A DNA stretch of 35,134 nt from Candidatus Psychracetigena formicireducens (GTDB lineage: Bacteria > Coprothermobacterota > HKB111), in contig QLTW01000003.1 in NCBI GenBank assembly GCA_018725125.1, forward strand, positions 1 to 35,134. The letters run 5' to 3'. Of this stretch, positions 1 through 10,214 are shown one piece after another; position 1 is the first letter of the stretch; every line of letters begins with the position of its first letter. The notes under the pieces are model-generated. The model saw only the letters and a program-made list of their open reading frames with translations, made no database searches and was not told the origin of the DNA. The translations under genes and the position numbers were made by a program.

Positions 1-33
1 TCTCTGGTGGATACCACCAACCAGAGTGAGTAT

Positions 34-62
34 ATATTACAGGAAAGAGGGGTGGGTGTCAA
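34..62 (-). promoter_or_regulatory. sigma70-type promoter pointing out of the left edge
   Basis: Minus strand reads TTGACA (62-57), a 17-nt spacer, then TAATAT (39-34). Confidence 0.55.
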
Positions 63-126
63 TAGGTGAAGGGGTAAGAGGAGAGTAATAACTAAACATA
101 AGAATCTGTAACCAGGGATATAAAAC

Positions 127-166
127 AAAAAGTTGCAGGAAAAATAAACTTCAACTGCAACTTTTT
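127..166. terminator. intrinsic terminator downstream of thyX
   Basis: Perfect 12-bp inverted repeat AAAAAGTTGCAG (127-138) / CTGCAACTTTTT (155-166) with A/T tails, about 40 nt past the thyX stop. Confidence 0.7.
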
Positions 167-204
167 CGTTAAAAAGAGGTGTATCTAATATTTTTTAAAA
201 ATAA

Positions 205-888
205 TCAAGCCTTTTTTGCTGAAATTAAAACTTCGCAGGGCGTATCTTCCGGACACTTACCGAGATGAAGGCACTGAGCTTGTAAGAGAGAAGCCAGGAA
301 AGGCGATACTGTTCCCACCGCTTTTCGCACTTCCTCAAATAAAGAGAGGATTTCCCATTGAGATAGGGTGCATAATCTAACAGAACAGGTGTTCCAGAGT
401 TCTCGCATATTCATAGTCATAACGATACGAGTATCCAGTCCATGAGGTAATAAGTACCTGGCATCTTCCATAGGAATCCCCAAAGTACAGAGCTTATGGT
501 AGGCATCCATAGTTTTCTTCTCTATATCTTTCATAATCTTTAAGGCTTCAGAGTTACGCTGTATAGAAGGTGGTATTATCAGGTTGTTATCTTTCATAGA
601 AGCATACCGTTGGCTTTGCTGGGTATAAGAAGCTAACCGATGTCTTACCAGTTGATGAGAGGTTACCCGTGAAATACCTTCAATACCAAAAACAAAAGAA
701 ACATGCTCTAATATTGAAAGGTGACCCCACTTAACCAGATTGCGGACGAGCTTTTCTTTTTCACTTTCTTTTGGTTTTACTTTAAGTTGGGTATCAAAAT
801 CTCCTACATAACGAGAGGTACGCGCTGCTAAGTAGAGCACTTCCATAGGGTTTTCCGTTTTACTTAAAATAATTACTCTAATCATCAC
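205..888 (-). CDS. thyX: FAD-dependent thymidylate synthase
   Basis: ThyX signature RHRLASYTQQSQRY; GHLSILEH; EDARYLLP. Confidence 0.97.
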   Translation of the reverse strand: MMIRVIILSKTENPMEVLYLAARTSRYVGDFDTQLKVKPKESEKEKLVRNLVKWGHLSILEHVSFVFGIEGISRVTSHQLVRHRLASYTQQSQRYASMKDNNLIIPPSIQRNSEALKIMKDIEKKTMDAYHKLCTLGIPMEDARYLLPHGLDTRIVMTMNMRELWNTCSVRLCTLSQWEILSLFEEVRKAVGTVSPFLASLLQAQCLHLGKCPEDTPCEVLISAKKA

Positions 889-2246
889 ATTCCCACCTTT
901 GACAGAGTTTGAAAAAATTCCCGATTTGAGCGGGTTCGTCTCAATAAGTTTATAATTTGATCCATTGCCTGAACAGATTCAGAATCAGCAATTAATCTTC
1001 TCAATTTATAAATCTGCTCTAAATCGTCAGGGGAATAAAGAAGTTCTTCATGCCTTGTGCCTGACCTCTGCACATTGATTGCCGGAAACAATCTGCGTTC
1101 AGCTAACTTTCTATCTAAAACCAACTCCATATTACCGGTACCCTTAAACTCTTCAAATATCACTTCGTCCATTCTGCTACCTGTTTCTACTAAAGCAGTA
1201 GCCAGTATGGTTAAACTACCTCCAAATTCCACATTTCGAGCTGCCCCGAAAAATCTTTTGGGTCCCTGGATAGAAGCCGGGTCAAGTCCTCCTGACAAAG
1301 TTCTTCCGCTGGGAGGTATATAATTGTTATAAGCGCGGGTCATCCTGGTAATACCATCAAGTAAAATTACTACATGTCTTCCGATTTCTACTAACCTTTT
1401 AGCTTTCTCCAGGGTTAATTCAGCCACCCGAACATGGTTTTCCGGGCCTAAATCAAAAGTAGAGCTGACTACCTCAGCTTTCTCTACCGAACGCCTTATA
1501 TCGGTAACTTCCTCTGGTCTTTCATCCACAAGCAAGATAATAACTAAAACATCGCCATACTTTTTGGTTACTGCCTGAGCAATCTTTTTTATGATGGTAG
1601 TTTTGCCCGCTTTGGGAGGAGCCACAATAAGGCCCCTCTGCCCTCTTCCTATAGGGGCAATCAAATCCACCAGCCTGGTTGCCAGATCTTGAGAATCAGT
1701 TTCCAGTATAAGTTGTTCACGGGGAAAGATAGGAGTAAGGCTTTCAAAACGGGGCCTCCCTCTCACTTCATCAGGTTTCATCCCGTTGACAGAAATAATC
1801 TCAGCTAAGGCGGGATATTTTTCCTGTGTTTGTACTCGTGGAGGCCTTGTCCAGCAAATTATAGTATCGCCGGTCCTTAGACCTAACTTCCTTATATAAG
1901 CAGGAGAAACATATATATCTAAAGAAGACATAGTGTATTTAGTTCGCAGAAAACCGAAACCTTCTTCTAATATTTCCAGAACTCCGGTTTCTTGAACTAC
2001 AGCAGGTACAACTGCTGTTGAATGAAGACTGGATTTGCTCTCCTGAATTTTGGCTTCGTGAGTTTTTACTTTGGAAACCTCTATATCTTTTTCAGAAACT
2101 TTTCTTTCTAAAATATCCTGAATTTTCTTGGTTAAAACTTCTTTAGGCAATCTGGAAAAACCCTTAATGCCTAATTCTTTGGCAATTAGAAACTGTTTTC
2201 TAATGGGTAAATTCGGAATATCGCTCGGTATATAATTTACTGACAT
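885..2246 (-). CDS. rho: transcription termination factor Rho
   Basis: [46 protein letters not shown]; start placed at ATG 2246 after AAGGAGG (ORF track starts at 2288). Confidence 0.97.
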   Translation of the reverse strand: MSVNYIPSDIPNLPIRKQFLIAKELGIKGFSRLPKEVLTKKIQDILERKVSEKDIEVSKVKTHEAKIQESKSSLHSTAVVPAVVQETGVLEILEEGFGFLRTKYTMSSLDIYVSPAYIRKLGLRTGDTIICWTRPPRVQTQEKYPALAEIISVNGMKPDEVRGRPRFESLTPIFPREQLILETDSQDLATRLVDLIAPIGRGQRGLIVAPPKAGKTTIIKKIAQAVTKKYGDVLVIILLVDERPEEVTDIRRSVEKAEVVSSTFDLGPENHVRVAELTLEKAKRLVEIGRHVVILLDGITRMTRAYNNYIPPSGRTLSGGLDPASIQGPKRFFGAARNVEFGGSLTILATALVETGSRMDEVIFEEFKGTGNMELVLDRKLAERRLFPAINVQRSGTRHEELLYSPDDLEQIYKLRRLIADSESVQAMDQIINLLRRTRSNREFFQTLSKVGM

Positions 2247-2305
2247 GCTTGGTGAATTTCCTCCTTGGGTAATAAAACAAGAATGCACTGTATAGAATAC
2301 AATAA

Positions 2306-2902
2306 TTATTCAAAGGTGTCAACTGTTTTAAGATAAGAATCAACTACGGCGCTAATTTGCCGCTCTTTACTCCTGTAATTATTAATTATTTCCTTTAGAC
2401 AGGAAATAATTTCGTCTCTAAGGGATCCGGGAGGCATTTCCTCCAGATTAATCCGAGCATTAAGAATCCCTCCCAGGGTGGCAATCTGAGCCATCAAAGA
2501 AGAAATCAAAGCATCGGTAATAGCTTTAGAGTTACCTTTTAAAGATAAATCTAAAGCAGTATCCATAAAAGCTAAACCTTCAAAACTTATTTTTAACGGG
2601 GTTAAAGCTGCTTGATGTAATGAGTCTTTTATGCCGGTTTTATGGCGAAAAGATTCTATTACTTTAAGATACTTATCTGCATCTTCTTCCGCTAATTCTA
2701 ACCCTTTTTGTATAATACTCGCGCATTTATCATTATACTCAGGTAAATAACCCTGTTTTTTGCTTATTGAACAAACTTTCCGAGATAAAGCTCCGGCTAA
2801 AGAAAGTAGAAGAGCAGAAACGCTCCCTCCACCAGGGACTGGGCTGTTGGAGCTAATGCTGTCTAATAAATCCACAAAACTTACATTTTTGAATTGAACC
2901 AT
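2306..2902 (-). CDS. formiminotetrahydrofolate cyclodeaminase/cyclohydrolase family protein
   Basis: SSNSPVPGGGSVSAL, EEDADKY, GNSKAITD and NARINL motifs of the FTCD C-terminal family. Confidence 0.85.
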   Translation of the reverse strand: MVQFKNVSFVDLLDSISSNSPVPGGGSVSALLLSLAGALSRKVCSISKKQGYLPEYNDKCASIIQKGLELAEEDADKYLKVIESFRHKTGIKDSLHQAALTPLKISFEGLAFMDTALDLSLKGNSKAITDALISSLMAQIATLGGILNARINLEEMPPGSLRDEIISCLKEIINNYRSKERQISAVVDSYLKTVDTFE

Positions 2903-3957
2903 AATCCTCTATTCTCCTTTTTTGAACAGGCTGTAATTAAAAGTCCCAAGGCCAGGTAATTTTTAATCATGGCGCTACCACCATAACTGATGAATGGTAA
3001 AGGAATACCCACCACCGGGGCTATCCCCATATTCATCCCAATATTTATCAAGGTTTCAAATCCCCACATTCCTAAAACACCGGCAATCAATAAAACGCCC
3101 TGTGGGGTAAGACTAGCGGAAATTAACGATAAGGTAAGTCCAAATATTATCATAAAAGAGAAAATTATAAATAGACCCAGCATAAAGCCACCTTGTTCCA
3201 TTAATGAAGCAAAAGCAAAATCTGACCAGGGTACTGGCAGAAAACCTAACCTGGCCTGGGTTCCCTGCATAAACCCTTTTCCCGTAAACCCTCCTGAACC
3301 CACAGTAATCAGGGATTGCATTATATTATATCCAAGACCACCAGGATCTAATCCGGGGTTAATAAAAACCAGCAACCTTGCTTTCTGGAAATCTTCCAGC
3401 ATGAACCAGCCAAAAGGCATGACCAGTAAGAAAATTACAGATAAAACAACTAAATATTTTAATGGAAGGTTAGAGAAATAAACCATACTTATAAAAATCA
3501 TTCCCAGAACCAATGAAGTACCGAGATGAGGTTGCCAATACACCAGCAACCCATAAATTCCGAAAGTTAATATTGAATAGAAATATTTAAGTAAGGGGTT
3601 TCCTTTTTTAGTTAACAAAGTGGCTAAAGCCAGAATAAGAGATATCTTGGCGAACTCTGAAGGTTGGAATTGAAAACCACCGAGACTTATCCAACGAGTA
3701 GCACCGAAGGCTTCTTTTCCCATTCCGAGGGGAATGAGGATAAGTGTAATTAAACCTACTATATAGGCAAAAGGCGCTAACCACATAAAACGCTTCAAGT
3801 TAATAAATCTCATGAAAATAAGGATTAATACTCCCAGAAAAAAGGCAAATATCTGCATATAAAATTGATTGGAATAGCCCTGGTGTATGGAATAAAGATT
3901 TACTAAACCGAGGCTGGTTAAGATAACGGTTAGAATAAAAATAATTACTAATCTCAT
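2881..3957 (-). CDS. rodA: rod shape-determining SEDS protein RodA
   Basis: GATRWI, FQPSEFAK, GIPLPFISYGGS; polytopic; follows PBP2. Confidence 0.93.
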   Translation of the reverse strand: MRLVIIFILTVILTSLGLVNLYSIHQGYSNQFYMQIFAFFLGVLILIFMRFINLKRFMWLAPFAYIVGLITLILIPLGMGKEAFGATRWISLGGFQFQPSEFAKISLILALATLLTKKGNPLLKYFYSILTFGIYGLLVYWQPHLGTSLVLGMIFISMVYFSNLPLKYLVVLSVIFLLVMPFGWFMLEDFQKARLLVFINPGLDPGGLGYNIMQSLITVGSGGFTGKGFMQGTQARLGFLPVPWSDFAFASLMEQGGFMLGLFIIFSFMIIFGLTLSLISASLTPQGVLLIAGVLGMWGFETLINIGMNMGIAPVVGIPLPFISYGGSAMIKNYLALGLLITACSKKENRGLWFNSKM

Positions 3958-4017
3958 TCTTAAACCTGCATAATTTTTTTAAGGCTTAAAAAAAGGCTAC
4001 CACTGGAGAAAAGAGGA

Positions 4018-5769
4018 TCAGTTTCCTCTATTTTTATACTCAATCCAGGCCTCAAGAACTCTTCTCATATAAGGTGCTAATCTATTGGCTAAGTCATACC
4101 TACTGCTTTCAGAAAGAATTACTGCTACTACTTCTGGGTCATTAGCTGGAGCATAGGCAACCAGCCACAAGTGAGGTCTTTCGTTACGAGCAGTCTGAGC
4201 TGTACCAGTCTTAGCGGCTACTTCTATAGGCAACTCTCTGAGTGGGCTTAATCCACCACCGTGAGTAACTGCTCTTCTTAGCCCTTCTTTGATTACTTTA
4301 ATTGTGTTCAAAGGTACATCCTGGAAAAGGGGAGGAAAATAAGCTCGGTATATTTCTTCACCCTGGTTGTTCCTGACACTCTTGACTATATGGGGATTAA
4401 CCCTATACCCACCATTGGCAATAAAACTGTAAAAAGATGCCATCTGCAGAGGGGTTGCCAGTAAATAACCCTGACCAATTGATAAATTAGCGGTATCCCC
4501 AGCATACCATCTCTCTTTTATTTTTTCTCTTTTCCATTGGGGATTAGGAAATAAGCCCTGAAGTTCGTTGGGTAAATCTATACCTGTAGGTTTGCCAAAT
4601 CCAAGATTTTCAGCGTATTCAACTATCTTGTTAATACCAACTTCTGCTCCCAGCGTATAAAAATAGACGTTACAGGAGACAGCGATTGCTTCGCGCATAT
4701 CAACCGCTCCATGTCCCCTTGGATAAGTCCAGCATCTGAAAACCCTCCCTCCTACAGTTAAAAAACCACGGCAATTTACTACTGTTCTATCTGTAAACAT
4801 TCCGCTTTCTAGCCCAGCAATAGCTACTAAAGCTTTAAAGGTAGAGCCAGGTGGATATTGACCACTAATAGCCCTATTAACCAATGCTCTGCCTTGCATC
4901 CAGAGGTTCCAGATAGCCTGTCCCAATCCTCTAACGAAATAATTAGGATTATAATTGGGGTTACTAACAAAAGCAAGAATTTCACCATTTTTAGGGTTCA
5001 TCAGAATAGCAGCCCCCGGTAAATCTTTAATAATATCTGATACTTTCAGCTGAAGTTCGTCCGACAGTGTAAGAACCAGGTTATTACCTTTTTCGGGCAA
5101 CTTTTCACTTTGCAAAAATCTTTCTTTACCGAGAACATCAACTTTGAATACTTGCTTTCCTTTTATACCTCGTAGATATTCTTCATACTGTTTTTCTACA
5201 CCAGTTTTACCAATTCTATCTCCTGAAGTATAGCCCCGATGAAATAATCTAAACAGCTCTTCTTTACTTATTTCATCCACATATCCTATAGCATGAGCAA
5301 AAGATTCTGCTTTCTCATATTTTCTTAGCGGGGACATCTCTACGGATAATCCCGGGAACTCTTTTTCTTTTATTTTCAGTTCCAAAACTTTGTCCAGGGG
5401 AATATCAACCGCAACTATCCTGGGATAATAATAGGGTAATAACTCATCATTTATAGCTTTCAAAACATCCTCTCTGGTAACTCCTAAGGTAGAAATAAGT
5501 AATTCAATTATCTTATCTTCATCTTTGATGTCTGCTGGAGTAACTTTTATTACATAAGTAAGAATATCATGAGCTAAAATTGTCCCTTCCCGGCTAACTA
5601 TATTGCCCCGGGGTGCTTGAACCAGTATAGTTCTGAGAAAGTTTCTAACTGATAGATTAGCATACTCCTCGCCTCTAATTACCTGAAGGTAAAACAGCCT
5701 ACCTGAAAAAAGCAGGGTTAAAACAAGTATTAATATTAATGCGAAAAACTGCTTTGCCCGGATATCCAT
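4018..5769 (-). CDS. mrdA: penicillin-binding protein 2
   Basis: N-terminal TM, APRGNI, active-site PGSTFK, SCN and KTGTAQ; in the mre cluster. Confidence 0.95.
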   Translation of the reverse strand: MDIRAKQFFALILILVLTLLFSGRLFYLQVIRGEEYANLSVRNFLRTILVQAPRGNIVSREGTILAHDILTYVIKVTPADIKDEDKIIELLISTLGVTREDVLKAINDELLPYYYPRIVAVDIPLDKVLELKIKEKEFPGLSVEMSPLRKYEKAESFAHAIGYVDEISKEELFRLFHRGYTSGDRIGKTGVEKQYEEYLRGIKGKQVFKVDVLGKERFLQSEKLPEKGNNLVLTLSDELQLKVSDIIKDLPGAAILMNPKNGEILAFVSNPNYNPNYFVRGLGQAIWNLWMQGRALVNRAISGQYPPGSTFKALVAIAGLESGMFTDRTVVNCRGFLTVGGRVFRCWTYPRGHGAVDMREAIAVSCNVYFYTLGAEVGINKIVEYAENLGFGKPTGIDLPNELQGLFPNPQWKREKIKERWYAGDTANLSIGQGYLLATPLQMASFYSFIANGGYRVNPHIVKSVRNNQGEEIYRAYFPPLFQDVPLNTIKVIKEGLRRAVTHGGGLSPLRELPIEVAAKTGTAQTARNERPHLWLVAYAPANDPEVVAVILSESSRYDLANRLAPYMRRVLEAWIEYKNRGN

Positions 5770-6200
5770 GGGGAAACTTTAATAGCGTAGAATAAAGCCA
5801 AAAGCATAGTTAATAGTACTTTTGGTAATAAGGCGGTCAAAAACTGGGAATTTATTTGCAGGTTGAAAAACAACACTTTAATTATCAGGAAAGCAGTATA
5901 GGTTAACATCACCTTTAAAATAACCGAAGAAGTAGAAATAAACAGATTTCTACCGGTAGTTATAAGGTTAATAATATACTGAATAGCGAAAGGTAATAAT
6001 AGTAAAACCACCAAAAATAAAGGCTCCCTGCTAACTGAAGCACCTAAAAGTATTGTCAGAAAGAAAGGTAAATTTAGTCTATGGTTTTTACCTGATTGAC
6101 TGATGGTTATAGCCAGAGGAAGGTCAAATAAAGAAAAAAAAGGCCAGGTAGAAATGAAGAAAGAGCTTATCAGGATAATTGAAGGCCAATAGGTTTTCAA
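5736..6200 (-). CDS. mreD: putative MreD (divergent membrane protein)
   Basis: 154-aa hydrophobic protein between mreC and mrdA; call rests mainly on synteny. Confidence 0.6.
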   Translation of the reverse strand: MKTYWPSIILISSFFISTWPFFSLFDLPLAITISQSGKNHRLNLPFFLTILLGASVSREPLFLVVLLLLPFAIQYIINLITTGRNLFISTSSVILKVMLTYTAFLIIKVLFFNLQINSQFLTALLPKVLLTMLLALFYAIKVSPWISGQSSFSH

Positions 6201-6994
6201 TCAGGATTTACCCCCAATACTATGAGAAAGAACCTTCCTCCTGCTGGATTTACCAGGGGTTCAACCTTAGCAGAAGGAGTTATTTTGCCAACAACATCAA
6301 CTGATTTTATTTTTCCGATAGGCAAACCGAAAATACCTTCTCTGGAAGAAGATACTACCAGTTGACCCACCTGAATCTGAAGGTTTAATGAGAGGAACTC
6401 CATATTTAGATTTTCTTTCCCTCCTCTCACCACCCCCATTTCTCCTCCTGGGTCAACCATGCCTCCTATAGCAAAATCCTCATTGTTGGTGAGAACTGCC
6501 AGGGAGGTGGTTTCAAATACTCTAACCACTTTCCCAGCAACACCTCCGCCATATAAAAGGGTTAAGCCTTCTACTACACCATCCCGGGCTCCCCTATCCA
6601 GGATGAGGGATGGAGAAAAAATACTAAAATCGGTCCCGATTACTCTTGCTCCTATAAAATTAAGATTTATCGGAAGCTCTTTAATTTTCCATAAATCTCT
6701 TAAAACTTTGTTTTCCGCTCTTAATCTTTCAATTTGCAGGTTTAAAGTTTTAATAAGCTGTAAATTCTCTTTATAATCAGCTCTTTCTCTCAAAACATTT
6801 TCAAAATTAATAATAGCTCCTCCCCAATCTTCAATAGCCCTGCCAAGGTTCCACCAAAAAGAAATTAAACCTCTGGTGGAGTCTATAATAGAACCTCCGA
6901 TAACCGTGAATAAAGGTTTACCACCAGGCGGAGTAATTGATAAAACAATGACAACCAAAAGTAGTAGGAAGACCTGTAGAATGGTTTTACTCAT
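6197..6994 (-). CDS. mreC: rod shape-determining protein MreC
   Basis: TM + coiled coil (LRAENKVLRDL), ARVIG, LDRGARDGV; follows mreB. Confidence 0.92.
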   Translation of the reverse strand: MSKTILQVFLLLLVVIVLSITPPGGKPLFTVIGGSIIDSTRGLISFWWNLGRAIEDWGGAIINFENVLRERADYKENLQLIKTLNLQIERLRAENKVLRDLWKIKELPINLNFIGARVIGTDFSIFSPSLILDRGARDGVVEGLTLLYGGGVAGKVVRVFETTSLAVLTNNEDFAIGGMVDPGGEMGVVRGGKENLNMEFLSLNLQIQVGQLVVSSSREGIFGLPIGKIKSVDVVGKITPSAKVEPLVNPAGGRFFLIVLGVNPD

Positions 6995-8029
6995 TTATCT
7001 ATTAGTTTTAGAGGAAAACAATACTTTTCTAAATATGCTCAAATTAGACAGCGCTTTACCTGCCCCTAAAGCGACCGATTCCAGGGCTTTGGGAGCTATA
7101 TGTACAGGAATACCAATTTCCCTGGTAAGAAACTGGTCAAGGCCTTTGATTAAAGCTCCGCCTCCTGCCAGCATCATGCCCCTATCCAGGACATCAGCTG
7201 ATAATTCAGGTGGGGTAATTTCCAGGGTAGATTTCACCAGGTCAGCTATACCGGTGAATATTTTTTGAAGAACATCCCTCAACTCATCAGAATTGGCTTC
7301 TACCATCCTGGGAAGGCCTGAGATTAAATCCCTTCCTTTCACAGGAGCTGTTTTTACCCCATTATAAGGAAAAGCAGAACCGATATTTATCTTAATATCT
7401 TCAGCGGTATAATCTCCAATTAGTAAATTGTAATGGTGGCGGAAAAACCTGCTAACTTCTTCGTTCATCTCGTCGCCTGCGATTCTGCTGGACATAGAAG
7501 CTACTATTCCTCCCATAGAGATGACTGCTGCTTCAGTGGTTCCACCACCTATATCTAACACCATACAGCCACGAGGTTCCATAACGGGTAAACCTGCACC
7601 AATAGCTGCAGACATAGGTTCGTCAATAAGATATACTTCCCGAGCTCCAGAAGCTAAGGTTGCTTCTTCTACCGCTCTTTTTTCCACCTGAGTAGCTCCT
7701 GAAGGAATGCCTACAATAACACGGGGTTTGCCAGCTAAAAAACTCCAGAATGATTTATTTCTGCTTAAGGCTTTGTCTATAAAATAACTTAACATGGATT
7801 CGGTTACGGAAAACTCAGCAATAACACCATCTTTTAATGGTCTACAGATATATATATCATCAGTTGTTCTGCCTGCCATCCTCCGGGCATCCATTCCAAC
7901 AGCAAACACTTTATTACTTCTACGCTCCAGGGCTACGATGGTAGGTTCATTAACTAAAATCCCACTTCCTTTAACATACACAATGGTAGTTGCGGTGCCT
8001 AAATCTATGGCAATATCTTTTCCAAACAT
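6995..8029 (-). CDS. mreB: actin-like MreB
   Basis: IDLGTATT, DIGGGTT, LAGGGAL; SD AAAGGAG upstream. Confidence 0.97.
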   Translation of the reverse strand: MFGKDIAIDLGTATTIVYVKGSGILVNEPTIVALERRSNKVFAVGMDARRMAGRTTDDIYICRPLKDGVIAEFSVTESMLSYFIDKALSRNKSFWSFLAGKPRVIVGIPSGATQVEKRAVEEATLASGAREVYLIDEPMSAAIGAGLPVMEPRGCMVLDIGGGTTEAAVISMGGIVASMSSRIAGDEMNEEVSRFFRHHYNLLIGDYTAEDIKINIGSAFPYNGVKTAPVKGRDLISGLPRMVEANSDELRDVLQKIFTGIADLVKSTLEITPPELSADVLDRGMMLAGGGALIKGLDQFLTREIGIPVHIAPKALESVALGAGKALSNLSIFRKVLFSSKTNR

Positions 8030-8089
8030 TATTTTAATTTCTCCTTTATAAGAAGGTTTAACAAAATTATTGTATCATGATAATTATCA

Positions 8090-8338
8090 TTAATTTAAAT
8101 AATAAACATATAAACCTACTAATAAACCCAATAAACCCCCGAGAGACACCTTGAATTTAAAAGAAAAGGAGAAAGACATAATAATTAAGTTAACCTCATT
8201 AACAATCAGCTTTAGTTCCGGCCCCTCAAATAATATAGGAATAACATCTTTTAAAGCTAAGGCCACTACATTTCCCAGGAGTAAACCAAAAAACAGTGCG
8301 CCTATAAAAAAATACTTACGATTGTAAATCCTTGCCAC
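8090..8338 (-). CDS. small membrane protein (DUF4321-like)
   Basis: 82 aa with hydrophobic segments and a C-terminal GGLLGLLVG; family recalled from size, pattern and position. Confidence 0.55.
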   Translation of the reverse strand: MARIYNRKYFFIGALFFGLLLGNVVALALKDVIPILFEGPELKLIVNEVNLIIMSFSFSFKFKVSLGGLLGLLVGLYVYYLN

Positions 8339-8837
8339 TTATAAAACCTCCCAATCTTCTTAAAGTATACGCCCCGGTTGTTCCGATAAACACCCCTGCT
8401 AACACTCCGCTTAGTAATAAAAAAGGAAGATAAACCACCAGATAGGGCTGCTGTAACAATATGACCACCATCAACCATTGAGTAAAATTATGCATCAAAC
8501 CACCTAACATGCTTACAGCTACCACGCCTGTCTCCCTTTTATAAAAATAATACACTGCTTCCATAATCAAAGCGCTAACCACGCCTCCACCTAAACTCAG
8601 AAACCCCCTCAAATCAAAACCCAGAAATAGGTTTACGGTTATAGTTCTTAGAATAGTTATCCAGATAGCTGAATAAGTTCCTAGTGAATACAAGCCAATT
8701 ACTGACATCAGGTTAGCCAGGCCGAGCTTAATTCCAGGTACTGGAGCTGGTAGAGGTGGTTCTATTAAATTGAGCACTACTCCCAGTACTGTTAGAATAC
8801 AAATTCTAACCATCTTGTTAGTGGGTGAGTCCATCAA
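8316..8837 (-). CDS. Gx transporter family / heptaprenyl diphosphate synthase component I-like membrane protein
   Basis: PGIKLGLAN, SLGGG, GGLMHN motifs. Confidence 0.85.
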   Translation of the reverse strand: MMDSPTNKMVRICILTVLGVVLNLIEPPLPAPVPGIKLGLANLMSVIGLYSLGTYSAIWITILRTITVNLFLGFDLRGFLSLGGGVVSALIMEAVYYFYKRETGVVAVSMLGGLMHNFTQWLMVVILLQQPYLVVYLPFLLLSGVLAGVFIGTTGAYTLRRLGGFISGKDLQS

Positions 8838-9204
8838 TTTGGGCTCCTCCCCGGTAGTAAATAATTATCCTGTTAGGTAAACAAACTATAGTTTGGGGGG
8901 GCTCACTTATCCAACCCTGATTCATGCATATTTTATCAGGACAGTAGTGGGGTGAGGCTGGGTTTACTCTAATTTTATAACCATCCAGGTTTAGGATTAA
9001 AACTCCCCAGGAACCTTTTAACTCCACAGTTCTCTTTTCGGAGGGAAGGGGTATTTCTGTAAAAACCTGTCTTTTATATTCTACCACTACCGATTTAATG
9101 CGCTGATTAGCCCCCCCTATTCTGTTTAGAAAGAAGTATATTAAAAAGGATGATAATAACATAAAAATGATAAACAGATAAATCAGTAAATCTCCTCTTT
9201 TCAT
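8818..9204 (-). CDS. NusG domain II-containing membrane-anchored protein
   Basis: MKRGD + TM; CPDKICMNQGWI; IVCLPNR. Confidence 0.88.
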   Translation of the reverse strand: MKRGDLLIYLFIIFMLLSSFLIYFFLNRIGGANQRIKSVVVEYKRQVFTEIPLPSEKRTVELKGSWGVLILNLDGYKIRVNPASPHYCPDKICMNQGWISEPPQTIVCLPNRIIIYYRGGAQIDGLTH

Positions 9205-10214
9205 AACTCAGGCTGAAATAATCTTTCAGCCTCTCCGGTGAAATGAATCTGTAAATCAGAGGTAATAATTATAGCTGATAATGATTTTTGGGTAAGAAAT
9301 TCCATCCCTTTCTCTAACCCCATAGCAAAAACAGCTGTAGAAACAGCATCGGAAAAAAGACCGTTTTTATTTATTATGGTTACGCTCACTAATTCCTCAG
9401 CTGGATAACCCGTAAAAGGATTTAGTAAGTGGTGGTATCTTTTTCCACCAATAATATTATACCTTTCGTAATCACCTGAAGTTGAAACTACCGTAGTTGA
9501 TGGTAAGTTTAACACCCCAATTATACCATCTTTTCTGGGATGTTGAATTCCAATTCTCCAATAATTCCTTCCAGGTGGAGAACCATAAACCCCTATAGTG
9601 CCTCCTGCATTGATAACAGCTCTATCAACCCCCCGGTTACGAAGTATTCCAAAAGCCCTATCCACAGCATAACCCTTAACCACAGCTCCAAAATCAAGAG
9701 ATACCCCGAGAATAGTAAAGGATACCTGACCATCTGGTTCATTTATAATTATATTTTCAGTTTTACTTAAAGATATTGCTTTTTTTATTAAATCTATATC
9801 GGGTAAAACAGAATCCTCTTCTCCTTTAATTATTGGCCTCCAGAGATCAACCAGGGGTCCAATTGCCGGATTAAAATAACCTTCAGTATAACCTGACAAC
9901 TTTATACTCTCTTGGAGTAAATTTTCAAAGATTGAGGGAATTGAAACAGGTTTTTCAAAAGCATTTTTATTAACATTATAAATAACCGAGTTTTCATCGT
10001 AACGATTAAAGATTGATTCCAGTAATTTAAAATCATTTAAAATCTCTTCTAAAACTGCCTCTCCTGGTTGATGGTAAATGGTAATTTCTAAATAGGTATC
10101 CATAGCAAAATCTCTAATAGTTTCCGGTCTGGGCTCTGTTTTATTTACCCAGTAGGCAAATGGTATGACTAAAGCTAAGATAATCAGGGGTAGATATTTA
10201 AATACTCTCCGCAA
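9201..10214 (-). CDS. apbE: FAD:protein FMN transferase
   Basis: LDFGAVVKGYAVD, INAGG, STSGDYERY, YHHLLNP, SDAVSTA; N-terminal TM without a lipobox Cys. Confidence 0.95.
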   Translation of the reverse strand: MRRVFKYLPLIILALVIPFAYWVNKTEPRPETIRDFAMDTYLEITIYHQPGEAVLEEILNDFKLLESIFNRYDENSVIYNVNKNAFEKPVSIPSIFENLLQESIKLSGYTEGYFNPAIGPLVDLWRPIIKGEEDSVLPDIDLIKKAISLSKTENIIINEPDGQVSFTILGVSLDFGAVVKGYAVDRAFGILRNRGVDRAVINAGGTIGVYGSPPGRNYWRIGIQHPRKDGIIGVLNLPSTTVVSTSGDYERYNIIGGKRYHHLLNPFTGYPAEELVSVTIINKNGLFSDAVSTAVFAMGLEKGMEFLTQKSLSAIIITSDLQIHFTGEAERLFQPEL

